64,000 nucleotides of DNA from Sphyrna mokarran (Eukaryota): contig JAGIQG010000009.1 of assembly GCA_024679065.1 (NCBI GenBank), forward strand, positions 85,932,001-85,996,000, in the 5' to 3' direction. Each line of letters starts with the position of its first letter. The stretch's first letter is position 1. The notes beneath the pieces were generated by a model. The model saw only the letters and a list, made by a program, of their open reading frames with translations. It was not told the origin of the DNA and made no database searches. The position numbers and the translations under genes are program-made. Shown piece after piece: positions 1 through 12,943 of the stretch.

Positions 1-427
1 ATTGTTTCTCATTTCATGGATAGTCCCTAGTCTTTTGTTGATTCATTTGTGGGATGTGGGTGTTGCTGGCTGGACAAGGATTTATTGCACAACCCTAATT
101 GCCCCTTGGGAAGGTGGTGGTGAGCTACCTGGAACTGCTGCAGTCCCTGAGGTGTTGGTACAGCTACAGTGCTGTTGGGGAGGGAATTACAGGATTTAAT
201 TAACTGAGTATTTAATTGCATTCAAGCAGTTGGTATTAATTGGGGATTCACTTATCCTCCCATGAATAAGAATAAATTTACGCTGTAGTTGTTGGATTGG
301 GAGGGGCATTGTCGTCTATCATTAAAAATTTGGCAGCGTGTAGATTATAACAAGAGCTTCCATTTATATAGCATTTATATGTAATTACGAAATTCAAAGG
401 AGCTTTGCAGGAGCATTAGAAAACATG

Positions 428-642
428 GGGGCACAGTGGTTAGGGTCCAGATAGGGTCACTATCTGTGTGGATTTTGTACGTTTGCATGGATTTCCTCAG
501 GCGCTCCAGTTTCTTCCTACATTCTGTGCTGGTTAGTGCATTGACCTGAACTGGCGCAGAATAGTGGCAACTAGGGAAATTTCACAGTAACTTCATTGCA
601 ATGTTAATGTAAGCCTTACTTGTGACTAATAAATAAACTTTA
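428..642 (+). mobile_element. V-SINE with alternative (non-CR1) tail
   Basis: V-domain followed by TTCACAGTAACTTCATTGCA.TGTTAATGTAAGCC...TGTGACTAATAAATAAACTTT. Confidence 0.8.
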
Positions 643-2044
643 ACACAAAATGCGATTCTGAATCACATGAGGGTTGAATCAGAGGCATCATAGCTGCTAA
701 CCCACACTCTGCTAAGTAGGGGGGAAGGCCTATTCCCTGGTGCTGAGTGGGCCACTGTGCATGCATCAATCTGTCATTACTGAACTCTCAATTGTTGGCC
801 TCCAATTGCTGGCTAGCCCACGATCACTGGGTCGCTGACCTTCTGACAACCTACTCTGCCAATTGTTGGCCTCCCAGACCCCCACCTACCCCTCCCCCCA
901 CTCACCCACTCTTTCTCCAGACAGTCTCAAATTCTTCCCTCTACCACTGCTACCAAGTACTCTCTTCCCCAACACCAATGGCCAACCCCAATAGCATTGT
1001 CCTTTTCTCCTCCAGTTATCGTGATTACAGAGTGGCAGCAGGCCCCCCCTCCAACCAATTGCACCCCTGGCACTGTCCAGAACTCAGTAGGCTGTGCCAA
1101 TGTGACTAGTGGGTAATGCCAGTTTGCCCCTTGGGCAGGGCCAGGGTGCAGGGATGGCACTGCCAGGCTGAGAGTGCCCAAAGGTACCCCTTCTAACCCT
1201 GACCTCCTGGGGGTGTTCTCAGCAACTTCTCTTATCATTAGCAGTCAAAAATGCGACTCTTAGGAACTACTCCCAACATGATTGAGGGTTGGAGCCTGAG
1301 AATATTATCCCAGGCCTACTAACCATATTGAAATGTTCATTTCGAGATAATAATCAGCTCACTATAGAGCTTATTTCACTCAAAAAAAAGCATCTGGGAG
1401 ACTTGCGACCAACATAACGCCATTCGCAAACCTCAGTACCAGCCCCGTGCTGCTGACTCCTAGGCCATTAGCCTGCTCAAGCAGCGCAGCTAGCTGGGAG
1501 AACCCTGTCCATTATTCTTTTCTCAGAGCCATTGAGCACAGTGGACAGGGCAAACCCATAATCCTACTCAAACCCATAACCCATAATCCATCTCCTTGCT
1601 TGCTCAAGAAACCAGTTGCAAATTGAATCCAATTCAAGGGCCCACACGAAAGTAGCATGCAAGATCCAAGCTGGTAAGAAATGGTTTTAAGCCTGATCTC
1701 AAGCTTGATCCGACCGTTGATCTTGCTCACTCATTTACCAATTCTCTGCTCTGTTGGGCTCTCTCTCAAGCCATTTACACCAACTCAACCCAATTTGTCT
1801 TGATTGCCAATGATACTAAGATTCAGACCAGTGCACCAGGGAAAGTCAGTTGTTTTGAATTGATTACTCCCCAAAAATATTCTCCCTATGGGATGAACAC
1901 TTTGAAATCTCTGCTGCCAGAACAGGGTGTTTGTCAGGACTGTTAGCAAATAATTCACACTGTACATCAATAATCTGAGAGCAGGATTAAAGTCTGCCCG
2001 CATCTCAAAATCAAAATTTATTTGAGGAGCCCATGCTCCTCAAG

Positions 2045-2760
2045 GGAAGAAGCTATTCTTGACTTGGATGGTATGTGATCTCAGACTTTTGTATCTCTTT
2101 CTGCTGCCATCAGACTTTTGAATGGACCTACCTCATACTGAGTTGATCTTTCTCTACACCAGTTTTGCACTTTCTCTTTTTCTTCTCTATGAACAGTATT
2201 TTTTATCTGTATGGTGCACAAGAAACAATACTTTTCACTGTGTGTTAACACATGTGACAACAATAAATCAAATCAAAATCCATAAAAATAGTCGCATTAT
2301 TTAACCTCACTTCCTCCATCGTAACCTTGGAACAAAAATTGTGGAAGGTGGAAAAGAGAATGTCTGGGGTGTGTGGGATCCTTAATTATGCTGGCTGCTT
2401 TGCTGAGGCAGTGGGAAGTGTAGTCAGAGTCAATGGATGGGAGGCTGGTTTGCGTGATGGATTGGGCTACATTCATGACCTTTTGTAGTTTCTTGTGATT
2501 TTGGGCAAAGCAGGAGCCATACCAAGCTATGATACAACTAGAAAGAATGCTTTCTATGTGCATCTGTAGAAGTTGGTGAGAGGCATAGCCGACATGCCAA
2601 ATTTCCTTAGTCTTCTGAGAAAGTAAAGGCATTAGTGGCCTTTGTTAACTATAGCGTCGGCATTGAGAGACCAGGACAGGGACCAGCTTATTGGTGAAAT
2701 AAACACCTAAAAACTGAAGCTCTCGACCCTTTCTACTTCGTCTCCATTGACGTAGATACT
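2045..2760. mobile_element. Rex1/Babar-like LINE with inverted segments
   Basis: Minus ORF 2297-2632 IESILSSCIIAWYG...KDPTHP; a plus-strand 3' end with (AATCA)n tail lies at 2080-2280. Confidence 0.8.
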
Positions 2761-3467
2761 AAAAGTCAATATATTGTCAATGTAAGTAATACATTGACAA
2801 GTTTAAATCAAAATAAATCATGCAGCATGCTTTGTTAATCATTGATGGCTAAGTCTGATTTAACCCTTGCATCCATCAAGTAATGTGTGTGTAAACGTCA
2901 CAGGAAGGAACTGTCCAATCTGGTCAACCGATTCAAACGTCATCACAAACAATAGCAATGCTGCCAACTTCATTATTGTGCACCTCAAACAGGAGGTCAG
3001 TACTCACTGTACCCCATGGCACATGCATGGTGCTGCTGACATCATCACTGTGTGCCTGGAACAGGGACTTACTGTCCATTCTGTCCATGGCACACGTGCA
3101 GTGCCACTGACATTATCATTGTGAGCCCAGTGAACACACTGCTGCGGTGGCCGTAAATGCAGTCTCTAAACATTTACAATTCCCTCTTTACTCAATCAAA
3201 TTCGGGCTGTTACACACATCAATAGTCAATGTCAGGCCCTGAAAATGTAAGTCCATTTTGTAAAAGGGAGGGAAACAGAAAACAGGGAACTACAGCCAAT
3301 TAGCTTAACAGCTATTATAGGGAAAACATTAGAAGGGTTAACGTTTCAGAAGAACATTTCAATGACCGGGTTTCTCCACCAAAGCCAAGGGTTTAACCAA
3401 ATTCTACTTTCATTTACAAAGCTGGAGTGAAGCTGCCAGATTGATGCTCAGAAATAAGGAGCAAAAA

Positions 3468-3815
3468 TGGGCAGCACTGTAGCACAGAGGTTAGCACTGC
3501 TGCTTCACCGCTCCGGGGACCTGGGTTTGATTCCTGGCTTGGGTCACCGTCTGTGTAGAGTTTGCACATTCTCCTCATTTCTGAGCGGGTTTCCTCCAGC
3601 TGCTCCGGTTTCCTTCCACAATCCAAAGATGTGCGGGTTAGGTTGATTAGCCATGCTAAAATTGGCCCTTAGTATCCTGAGATGCATAGGTTAGAGGGAT
3701 TAGTGGGTAAATATGTAGGGATATGGGGGTAGGGCCTGGGTAGGATTGTGGTCGGTGCAGACTCGATGGGCCGAATGGCCTCTTTCTGCACTGCAGGGTT
3801 TCTCTGATTCTATGA
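3468..3815 (+). mobile_element. HE1-type tRNA-derived V-SINE with CR1/HER1-type tail
   Basis: A-box TAGCACAGAGG, B-box GGTTTGATTCC, V-domain GTTTGCACATTCTCC...CCAAAGATGTGC, tail GGGCCGAATGGCCT...TTCTATGA. Confidence 0.9.
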
Positions 3816-4583
3816 ATTCTCCGAAACCCCTGCTGTTGGGGGACCCAAGAATCAGTTTTACGTCAGTGTGGATTTCCGACTTAAGCTGGCATTAACACGA
3901 TGAATTGAGAAAGCCTCTGGAGTGGACATGAAACTGATTTTCATTCCACTAATGGAGGGCAGAATCCACAGCCCCAACTCCTGATTCTCTGTGACGACCA
4001 GTTCAGAACACAGTTGGGAAATCCCTTCTGGAATATCAGGACATGCAGATATCTGGAATCCTCTGAAGAATGCTTGTGGCCGCCTCCAGAGTTCCGGATG
4101 ACATAAAGCTGGGTGGGAGGTGAGCTGTGAGGAGGATGCAGATGTGCTTCAGTGTGTTTTGAACAAGTTGAATGAGTGGACAAATGAATGGATGACGCAG
4201 TCTAATTTGGATAAATGTGAGCTTATCCACTTTGGAAGGCAGGCTATTATCTAAATGGCCATAAATAAGGAGAGGGGAATGTGCAATGAAACAAAATGTC
4301 TTTGTGCACCAGTCACCGAAAGTAAACACGCAGGTGAAGCTAGCAGTAAAAAAAACAAGTGGTATTTTGGCCTTCATAGCGAGAGGTTTCAAGTATAGGA
4401 GCAGGGATGTGTTGTTCCAATTACAGAGGACCTTGGTGAGACCACACCTGCAATATTGTGTGTAGGTTTGAGCTCCTTATCTGAGGGAGAAAGTTCTTGT
4501 TCTAGGAGTGCAGAGAAGGTTTACCAGGCTGGTTCATGAAATGGTGGGACTAACATATGAGGACATACTGAGTTGGTTAGGAT

Positions 4584-5930
4584 TTGGGCAAGGTATTGGA
4601 GAGAATTATTAGGGACAGGATTTATAGTTATTTAGAGAGAAATGAATTGATTGGGGACAGTCAGCATGGTTTCGTGAAGGGTAGGTCATGCCTTACTAAC
4701 CTCATTGAGTTTTTTGAGAAAGTGACCAGAGAGGTGGATGGGGGTAAGGCGGTTGATGTAGTATATATGGACTTTAGTAAGGCGTTTGATAAGGTGGCCC
4801 ATGGAAGACTTCTACAGAAAATGCAGATGTGTGGAATAGAGGGTGATTTAGCTAATTGGATTAGGAATTGGCTGGCAGATAGAAGACAGAGGGTGGTGGT
4901 TGATGGGAGATATTCATCGTGGAGTTCGGTGACGAGTGGTGTGCCTCAGGGGTCTGTTTTGGGGCCCCTGCTGTTTGTAATTTTTATAAATGATCTGGAT
5001 GAGGGTATTGAGGGATGGATCAGTAAATTTGCAGATGACACTAAAGTCGGTGGAGTGGTAGATAGTGAAGAGGGGTGTTATAGTTTACAGAGTGACTTGG
5101 ACAAGTTGCAGAGCTGGGCCGAGAGGTGGCAAATGGAGTTTAATGTGGAAAAGTGTGAGGTAATGCACTTTGGCAGGAACAATAAATGTGTAGAGTATAG
5201 GGCTAATGGTAGGGCTCTTAATAGTGTTGAGGAACAGAAGGATCTTGGTGTATGTGTCAATAGATCCCTGAAAGTAGGCAGTCAAGTGGATAAAGTTGTT
5301 AAGAAGGCATATGGAGTCTTAGCTTTTATTGGTAGGGGGATTGAATTTAGGAGCCGCAGCATCATGTTGCAACTGTACAAAACTCTAGTGCGGCCGCACT
5401 TGGAGTATTGTGTGCAGTTCTGGTCGCCACATTATAAGAAAGATGTGGAGGCATTGGAGAGGGTACAGAGGAGGTTTACCAGGATGTTGCCTGGTATGGA
5501 GGGCAGGTCTTATGAAGAGAGGCTGAGGGATTTGAGGTTGTTTTCGTTAGAAAGGAGGCGGCTAAGAGGGGACCTTATTGAAACATATAAGATGATTAGA
5601 GGTTTAGATAGGGTGGACAGTGATAGCCTTTTTCCTAGGATGGAGAAAGCTAGCACGAGGGGACACAGCTTTAAATTAAGGGGTATGAGTTATAGGACGG
5701 ATATCAGAGGTAGGTTCTTTACTCAAAGAGTGATTAGGGAGTGGAATGCCCTGCCTGGAGCTGTTGTAGATGCGCCAAGTTTGGTGGCGTTTAAGAGGTT
5801 AATTGATAAGTATATGGAAGAGAAGGGAATGGTTTAGTTTGGAGGGGCATTGCTTTTTATTTTGGTCGGCACAACATCGAAGGCCGAAGGGCCTGTTCTA
5901 TGCTGTATTGTTCTATGTTCTATGTTCTAT
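4584..5930 (+). mobile_element. Young 5'-truncated CR1 LINE (RT domain open), nested in an older CR1
   Basis: 417-aa ORF with [21 protein letters not shown] and FADD motifs; 3' GGCC-GAAG-GGCC hairpin; (TTCTATG)n tail. Confidence 0.97.
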
Positions 5931-6155
5931 GTATATTCACTGGAATTCAGAAGAATGAAACCTATTCATACAGAAACCTATAACATTCTAACAGGACTGG
6001 ACAGAATAGACGCACGAAAGATGTAACCAATGGTGGGGGAATCCAGAGCCAGGATTGACAGTCTGAGGATATAGAGTAGACTGTTTAGGACAGATGAGGA
6101 GAAACTTCTTCATCCAGAAAGTGAGCAGCCAGCAGAATTCACTGCCATAGAAAGT

Positions 6156-6780
6156 ATTTGATTTGATTTATTATTATCACATGTATTGCATGTCATAATA
6201 TGCGAAAAGCATTGGTTATTATGTTCTTTACAAACAAAGCATATTGTTCATAGAATACATAGGGGAGAAGGAAAGAGAGGATGTAATGTTACAGTCATAG
6301 CTGAGTTGGAAAGAAATATCAACTTAATACATGGTAGTCCATTTAAAAGTCTGACGGCAGCATGAAAGAAGCTGTTCTTGAGTTGGTTATTACATAACCT
6401 CAAATTTTTGTATCTTTTTTCCAGTGGAAGAACATAGAAAATTAGAACATTACAGCACAGAACAGGCCCTTCAGCCTTCGATGTTGTGCCAACCAATTAG
6501 GAAAAAAAACGGTGGAAGAGAAAATATCCGGAGTGCATGGGGTCCTGGATTATGGTGGCTTGAATTCTGAAGCAGTGGGAATTATTGGATTGGAATGAGG
6601 CAGTCACTGAATGTTAAAATGGGCGGCACGGGCTTGTAGGGCCGAAGGGCCTGTTCCCTGTGCTGTGTTGTTCTTTGTTCTTTGTAGGCGGAGTTAATGT
6701 TCCTTGTGGTCTTCATTCGAGCAGCAGCCATACCAAGTTGTGATATATCTGGAAAGGATGCTTTCTATGGTGCATCTCTG
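6156..6780 (-). mobile_element. Rex1/Babar-like 3' fragment with two nested CR1 tail fragments
   Basis: (TTTGA)n at 6156; NQLKNSFFHAAVRLLN; CR1 tails at about 6430-6500 and 6620-6685. Confidence 0.75.
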
Positions 6781-6969
6781 CATTGAGAACAAAACATTGT
6801 TTGTTTTGAAGAAGCATTTAGATAAAACATTTGAGGCAAAGGGGATCAAGAGTAGGGAAAAGGTGGGATCTGGCTATGGCATTGGATGATCAGCCATGAT
6901 TATAATGAATGGTGGAGCAGACTCAAAGGGCCAAATGGCCTCCTTTTCCTATTTTCTATGTTTTTATCC

Positions 6970-7215
6970 ATTGAATCATCACAAAACCAAAAGAAGCCTT
7001 TCAGCCCATTGAATCTGCACCAACTCTCTGTCAGATTATTTAAGGTGCACTCCCCTCCACCCTCTCCCCATAATCCCATACATTCACAATGGCTAGTGTA
7101 GCTATACTCCTCATCTTGGGACACTAAGGGGTAATTTAGTTTGGCCAAGCCATCTAATGTGCACATCTAGGAAGTGTGCAAAGAAACCCATACAGACAGG
7201 CAAACTCTGTACAGG
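6970..7215 (-). mobile_element. Decayed HE1-type SINE
   Basis: GGACACTAAGGGGTAATTTAG...CAAACTC remnants. Confidence 0.65.
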
Positions 7216-7269
7216 CTCCCACCTGCTTTGTTGCAGTTACTTGGCCCAGCCTACGCTGACACTGCCCAG

Positions 7270-7540
7270 ATTCAGCAGGGTGAGAGAGTGATGGAGGAGA
7301 ATGGGGAGACAGAGGGGAAGAAACTTAGGGCTGGGTTGGGGTGGAAGGGTTTTTGGGGAGAGATGATGTGGTTGGGGAGGTAGTGAGACAGAGAGAGAGA
7401 GAGAGACTGGGAGGGAGAGAAAAACGATAGGAGGAGGGAGCCAGAAACAGAATGACAAACTCTGGGAACAGGGAGAGAGAGAGAAAGAGAGATAGAGACT
7501 GGGAGGGAGAAACAGAGGGAGAGAATGGAGGGAGAGTCTG
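7270..7540. repeat. GA-rich low-complexity tract
   Basis: (GA)n runs and strong purine skew. Confidence 0.8.
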
Positions 7541-8289
7541 CTTATTTCCATATTGAGTTTCAAAAACGAGTCATATTGATTTGAAATATATTTTTCTGTC
7601 TCCACTGAGCCTGCCAAAACTGCTCCATTTTCCTGGATTTTCCATTTTTATTTCAAATCTCCAGCATCCAAGGAATTTAGCTTTTATAATCCTTTTGCTG
7701 CTTTTGGGATCTTGCTGTGCACAAATTTACTTGCAGCATTTCCCACATTTACAATGATGACTGCATTTCAGAATTCAGTTTTTCTGTTCTGTGATTCTCT
7801 CTCTGTCCCAGTCCATTCATCTCCATTTTTGTCTCCATCTTCACCCACTCCACCCCCAGCCCCATTCAATTTCTCAAAACCATTGACAATTACAAATTAT
7901 TATCACAATGTGATTGTCACTGGGGGCAATGAACCATCTGGCTGTGTCCAATTTTTGGCATGATGCCGTGATAAAATGGGGCATAAAGCACTTAAAGCGA
8001 TTGGAACCTGGTTTTCGTGACTGGTGCCACTTTAGGAGCACCAGATTTTCAGCACAGTCAGCCTCTGTAGGGATTCTATGATTCTACTATATGACTAAGT
8101 CTGAGATCAGGAGAAAATGAGAAAAAAAGAGTAGTGGAAGAGATGGCAGCTCAACAGGAATAGCTAATAGAAGAGGAGAGGAAGCTGAGTGCATTTGATG
8201 CAATAAGTGGTAAGTGGAATATCTGGTGTAACATTTACAGTAGAAACAGCAATCCTGTGTTGAGTGAATACAGAGGCAGTGAATGGGGG

Positions 8290-8578
8290 AGGGATAGTGG
8301 CTTAGTGATTAGCCAGGGACCCGGATTCAATTCCAGCCTTGGGTCACTGTCTGTGTGGAATCTGCACATTCTTCCCATGTCTGATTGGGTTTCCTCCAGG
8401 TGCTCCCGTTTCCTCCCATGTCTGAAAGACGTGCAGGTTGGGTGAATTGACCATGCTAAATTCTCCCTCGGTGTATCTGAACAAGTACCGGAATGTGGCG
8501 ACTAGGGAATTTTTACAGTAACTTCATTGCAGTATTAATGCAAGTCTACTTTTGACACAAATAAATGAAACTTAAAAA
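8290..8578 (+). mobile_element. V-SINE with alternative tail
   Basis: Same tail as 570-642. Confidence 0.82.
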
Positions 8579-8893
8579 AATACAGTGGCAGGGGTGTTTG
8601 TGCTTTTATTACCAGGGCAGAAACAGATTGGGGCACAGAGGGAAAAACAAATTGAAATGAGAAGTTAAATTAGAGAGAGAGAGATACTCTGGATGTCTCT
8701 AGTGTTTAGTCACTGCCCAACTCCCAATCTCTGGAGAAAAGCCTTTCACCCATCTAACTCCTCTTGCACAATTCAAATCCAAGGATTCTCAATCCTGGGA
8801 CAAGGAGATTTGCACCTTTCACTTCTAGTAAAAATACTAAATTGTGCACTCTCTGCCCAGACTGGGGCCTAGTCCTGACTCCAAGCCTCTGTT

Positions 8894-9260
8894 TCCCCTT
8901 GTGAACCTGTTCCTGGGCCTGGCGAAGCCTGCCATTTACAGGTCCAATCGGTGGGTGATCAAGGGGGCTGTGCATCCTGACTGTCTTCCCCTCTACCGTG
9001 GTTACGTTCATGGCCAGGTGAGCGTGGAGAAGGAGCATGAAGTGTCCGCGGGCGCAGTTAACCCCTTCCGCATCCGTTCGATATTGCAGGGGTTGGGGTG
9101 CATATTGACCCCAATAATCACATTTTAATTCGATGTGTCCAAGTTTCGTTTGTACTTTGATTTTATTTGCTCTGTTTTCCCCCACCTTTTGGGGAACTGC
9201 CCCTTTTACTTTATCCTGATTTAACTTGAGTTTGTTTATTTGGTTTGACCTTAAAAGAAA
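8894..9260 (+). mobile_element. Tx1-like (L1 clade) LINE 3' fragment with 13-bp TSD
   Basis: LVNLFLGLAK...PDCLPLYRGYVHGQVSVEKEH resembles Tx1-type ORF2 C-termini; CCAAGCCTCTGTT at 8881-8893 and 9261-9273. Confidence 0.8.
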
Positions 9261-9471
9261 CCAAGCCTCTGTTCAGTTAGCTGAGAATTGCAGGAAATTT
9301 TCTCAACAATGGGTCTTGGGAAAGACAAGTTATCAGATTGTCAAAAAAACACTCCTTGGAATCTATCTGCTCAGTTGGATTAATGTTAAAATGGTCAAAG
9401 AAATGAAAGCACTCTTAAACCACACCTCACCTTCTAAAGATGGGTGATCTGGACTTGAATATAGAGCATAG

Positions 9472-9990
9472 AACATAGAACACTTCAGCACGGTACAGGC
9501 CCTTCGGCCCTCAATGTTACGCCGAGCTATGTCCAATCTCAAGATCAAGCTATCCCACTGCCTATAATTCTGGTGTGCTCTATGTGCCTATCCGATAACT
9601 GCTTGAAAATTCCTAAAGTGTCCGGCTCCACTATCACAGCAGGCAGTAAATTCCACACTCCAACCGCTCTCTGAGTGAAGAATCTACCTCGGACAATCCT
9701 CCTATATCTCCCACCATGAACCTTATAGTTATGCTCCCTAGTAACAGCTACATTCATCCGAGAAAATAATTTTGGCACATCCACTCTATCAATCCCCCTC
9801 ATCATCTTATAAACTCCTATTAAGTCGCTTCTCATCTTCCTCCACTCCAAAAAGAAAAGCCCCGACTCCCTCAACCTTTCCTCATAAGACCTACCCTCCA
9901 AACCAGGCAGCATCCTGGTAAATTTCCTCTGCATTCCAATGCTTCCACATCCTCACATACAGTGAGGTGACCAGAACTAAACACACTGAA
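9472..9990 (-). mobile_element. CR1 3' fragment
   Basis: ORF 9545-9934 QRKFTRMLPGL...FFTQRAVGVWN; tail. Confidence 0.92.
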
Positions 9991-10380
9991 ATGTTTACTC
10001 TGTTCCTCTTTTCACAGATATTGCCAGATCGACTGGGTTCAACCAGCATTTTCTGTATTTATTCCAGATTTCCAGCATCTGTACTATTGTGCTTTTATTC
10101 CTGAAAGATAGTTTGGGTGAGTAAATGGAGATGGGAGAATTAAATGAGCTATAGGATCTTGCTGAATCTTTTATTTTCAATGTCCTGACTATATGTTTAT
10201 TAATTTTCTTTGCTCTTTCCAGTAGGTGTCTCATTGTGGAATTCATTTTCAGAATTAGCGAGAGAAAAAAACATTTGGCTGTGTGGATTTTTTTTTAAAC
10301 AAAGACAGGGACGTGTTTGTTCAAACAGTTTGAGAATTATTCAAGATGGGCTGGTATATACAAGCTGGTATATACAAGGT

Positions 10381-10645
10381 GGGTGGCATGGTAGCACAGT
10401 GGTTAACACTGCTGCTTCACAGCTCCATGGACCTGGGTTCAATTCCTGGCTTGGGTCACTGTCTGTGTGGAGTTTGCACATTCTCCTCGTGTCTGTGTGG
10501 GTTTTCTCTGGGGACTTCGGTTTCCTCCTACAGTCCAAAGATATGCGGGTTAGGTTGATTGGCCATGCTAAAATTGCCCTTAGTGTCCTGAGATGTGGTT
10601 GGTGCAAACTCGATGGGCTGAATGGCCTCTTTCTGAGCTGTAGGA
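10381..10645 (+). mobile_element. HE1-type SINE
   Basis: Same head, V-domain and CR1-type tail as 3468-3815. Confidence 0.9.
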
Positions 10646-10739
10646 TGTTTCTTATATAGTGTAAACCTGGATATTCAAATCTCTCCATGAAATCATTCAT
10701 TTAAATGTGGATCAAAGCTAGCAGAACTTTTTTCAATTG

Positions 10740-11045
10740 CTAGTGTTGCTGCCTGGGCCAGCATTTGTTGCCCATCCCTAATTGCCCTTAAGCCCTGTAG
10801 TTTACTCAGCCATGTCAGAGGGCAGTTAAAAGCCAATCACATTGCTAAGGTCTGGAGATCTGTAAAAGCTTGACCAGGTAAGGATGCAGATTTCCTTCCT
10901 TAAATCATATTAACAAACAGGTACAATACTCAGCAACAGTTTCATTGTCATCACAAGTTGACGCTTTTTCCAGATTTTTATTGCACTCAAATTCCACTAT
11001 TCTGCCATGGGTGTGGATTAGTTCAGTGACGATACCACTATACAA
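10740..11045. repeat. Unclassified interspersed repeat (related copies at about 40-200 and 60330-60590)
   Basis: Shared GCCAGCATTT.TTGCCCATCCCTAATTGCCC...GGTAAGGA.GCAGATTTC motifs. Confidence 0.7.
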
Positions 11046-11214
11046 CTAATTCCCTGTAAGTTTTTTACAATTAGTCAATACTGGGTGAGTACCAATGTGT
11101 CTGTGTAAAGCTGGTCTGGGAACCACTAAGTCATAATGCTGGTATATACAAGATGGGCTGAATGTCCTCCATTTGTATGATAACAATTCTATGATACTGT
11201 GCTCTTGCAACAAG

Positions 11215-11880
11215 AGCCCCAGATGCCGGTTGAGGCTGTCCTCTTGTGTGCGGAACTTGATTATCAGTCTCTGCTCAGCGAATCTGTGCTGTCGTGTGTT
11301 GTGAAGGCTGCCTTGGAGAATGCTTACCTGAAGATCAGAAACCGAATGCCCGTGACCGCTGAAGAGTTTGCCAACAGGAAGGGAACCGTCTTGCCTGGTG
11401 ATTGTCGAGCAATGTTCATTCATCCGTTGTTGTAGCGTCTGCACTGTGTCCCCAGTGTACCATGCCTCGGGACATCCTTTCCTGCAGTGTATTAGGTAGA
11501 CAATGTTGGGCGAGTTGCAAGAGTATGTGCCGTGTACCTGGTGAATGGTGTTCTCATGTGAAATGATGCATTCATGTCAATGATCCGGCATGTCTTGCAG
11601 AGGTTGCTGTGGCAGGGTTGTGTGGTGTTGTGGTCACTTTTCTCCTGAAGCGTGGGTAGTTTGCTGTGGACAATGGTCTGTTTGAGGTTGTGTAGTTGTT
11701 TGAAAGTGGGGGTATGGGTATGGCCCTGGCAAGATGTTCAGTGATATGTTGAAGACTCTGGAGAAGATGTCATAGCTTCTCCGCTCCAGGGAAGTACTGG
11801 ATGATGAAGGGTACTCTGTCCACCATGTCCCGTGTTTGTCTTCTGAAGAGACAGTATCCGTAACATATCGCACTACCTGT
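11215..11880 (-). mobile_element. Penelope-like element, GIY-YIG endonuclease remnant
   Basis: Minus-strand translation YSCNSPNIVYLIHCRKGCPEAWYTGDTVQTLQQRMNEH...AEQRLIIKFRTQEDSLN. Confidence 0.85.
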
Positions 11881-12200
11881 AATGCCCATGACTTGTCTGG
11901 GCTTGTAAAATCTCACTTACTGTCCTATCTGGAGACTATACACATCTCTTTAATCTATGCTAATCTATCTCCACTTGCATTGTCTGCATCTTTGAGACTT
12001 GAATAGCAGGTTAGCTGCAAAGTCTTGCATCCTAATCAGTATTCTGTAAACTGTGTGTGTCTTAATATGCCTTTCTGTGATCAGAACCTTCCACACACCT
12101 GACGAAGGAACACTGTTTCTGAAAGCTTGTGGGATTACAATCAAATAAATTGGTTGGATTTAAACCTTGTGTTGTAAGATTTCTTACTGTGATAACCCAA
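11881..12200 (+). mobile_element. Penelope-like terminal repeat (pLTR), inverted relative to the ORF remnant
   Basis: Shares sequence with 57760-58072 and 40290-40359; contains a hammerhead core. Confidence 0.75.
12092..12133 (+). ncRNA. Minimal type I hammerhead-like motif (degenerate)
   Basis: cac-CTGACGA-aggaacactgtttct-GAAA-gctt-gtg. Confidence 0.6.
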
Positions 12201-12691
12201 GTACAGGAAAACACTGGATGTGCTGCCAGGGGATGTGACAGAGAGCAAGGGTAGCGATTAGTACTTAGATCAGCTCATTCAAAATGCTAACACCCAGAAA
12301 CTGCCGAGTTCAACTTACTTAAAATCACAGAATTTTATGGTGCAGAATTAGACTGTTTGGTCCATCGTGTCTAAACCAGCTTTCCAAACAAGCATTATGA
12401 CTTAATGCTATTCCCCTGTTTTTTTCCCTTTACACCGGCACATCGATTATATCACATGCCTTCTCAAATGCCTTGATTGGACCTGCCTCCAAGTCATTTC
12501 CAGGCAGAACATTCCAGATCTGAACAACTCGCTGTGTGAAAAAGCCAATGGAACTGAGTGCTTGCTAGAGTTCAGCGCACACATTGACCTGTGAACAGCA
12601 GCATGAAGGGCATTGATGATCACACTGTATTGGCAAGGAAGATAATGAATTGTTAACTGTGCTGCTATTAAACCAATGTTGGACTCAAATT

Positions 12692-12896
12692 GGAAGATCC
12701 TAGTGTTGGAAGGGAGATCCCTCCCCCCTCCACGTCCTTCATTACTTGTAGACCCCTCTCTCTGTTCCTAATTTCCCTTTATTCTGTCATGTTCCTGATT
12801 AAATGACTTCTAGTTTCTTCTTCATTTCTCAAACCGGGCACAGTTTATCCTTCTCGCCAACTGATAATGCTGAGATGAGAGTATGTCTCTGATTGG
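12692..12896 (+). promoter_or_regulatory. Upstream kB site, ISRE-like motif and second X/Y-like module
   Basis: GGGAGATCCC (12712-12721) fits GGGRNWYYCC. AGTTTCTTCTTC (12812-12823) is ISRE-like with one mismatch. CAACTGATAATGCTG (12858-12872) is followed by CTGATTGG (12889-12896). Confidence 0.5.
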
Positions 12897-12943
12897 ACGG
12901 TTCATAGGTTTATTTCGACAGACAACCTGTCTGGAGATGTTCT

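Larger units (their letters stand above)
4130..6960 (+). mobile_element. Old decayed CR1, split by the young CR1 and a Rex1-like insertion
   Basis: CR1 ORF2 C-terminal remnants at about 4130-4583, 5931-6150 and 6800-6960 are collinear. Confidence 0.75.

Noticed and set aside
3468-3545. tRNA genes at SINE heads
   Set aside because: These are A/B boxes fused to a V-domain and tail, so they are SINEs and not tRNAs.
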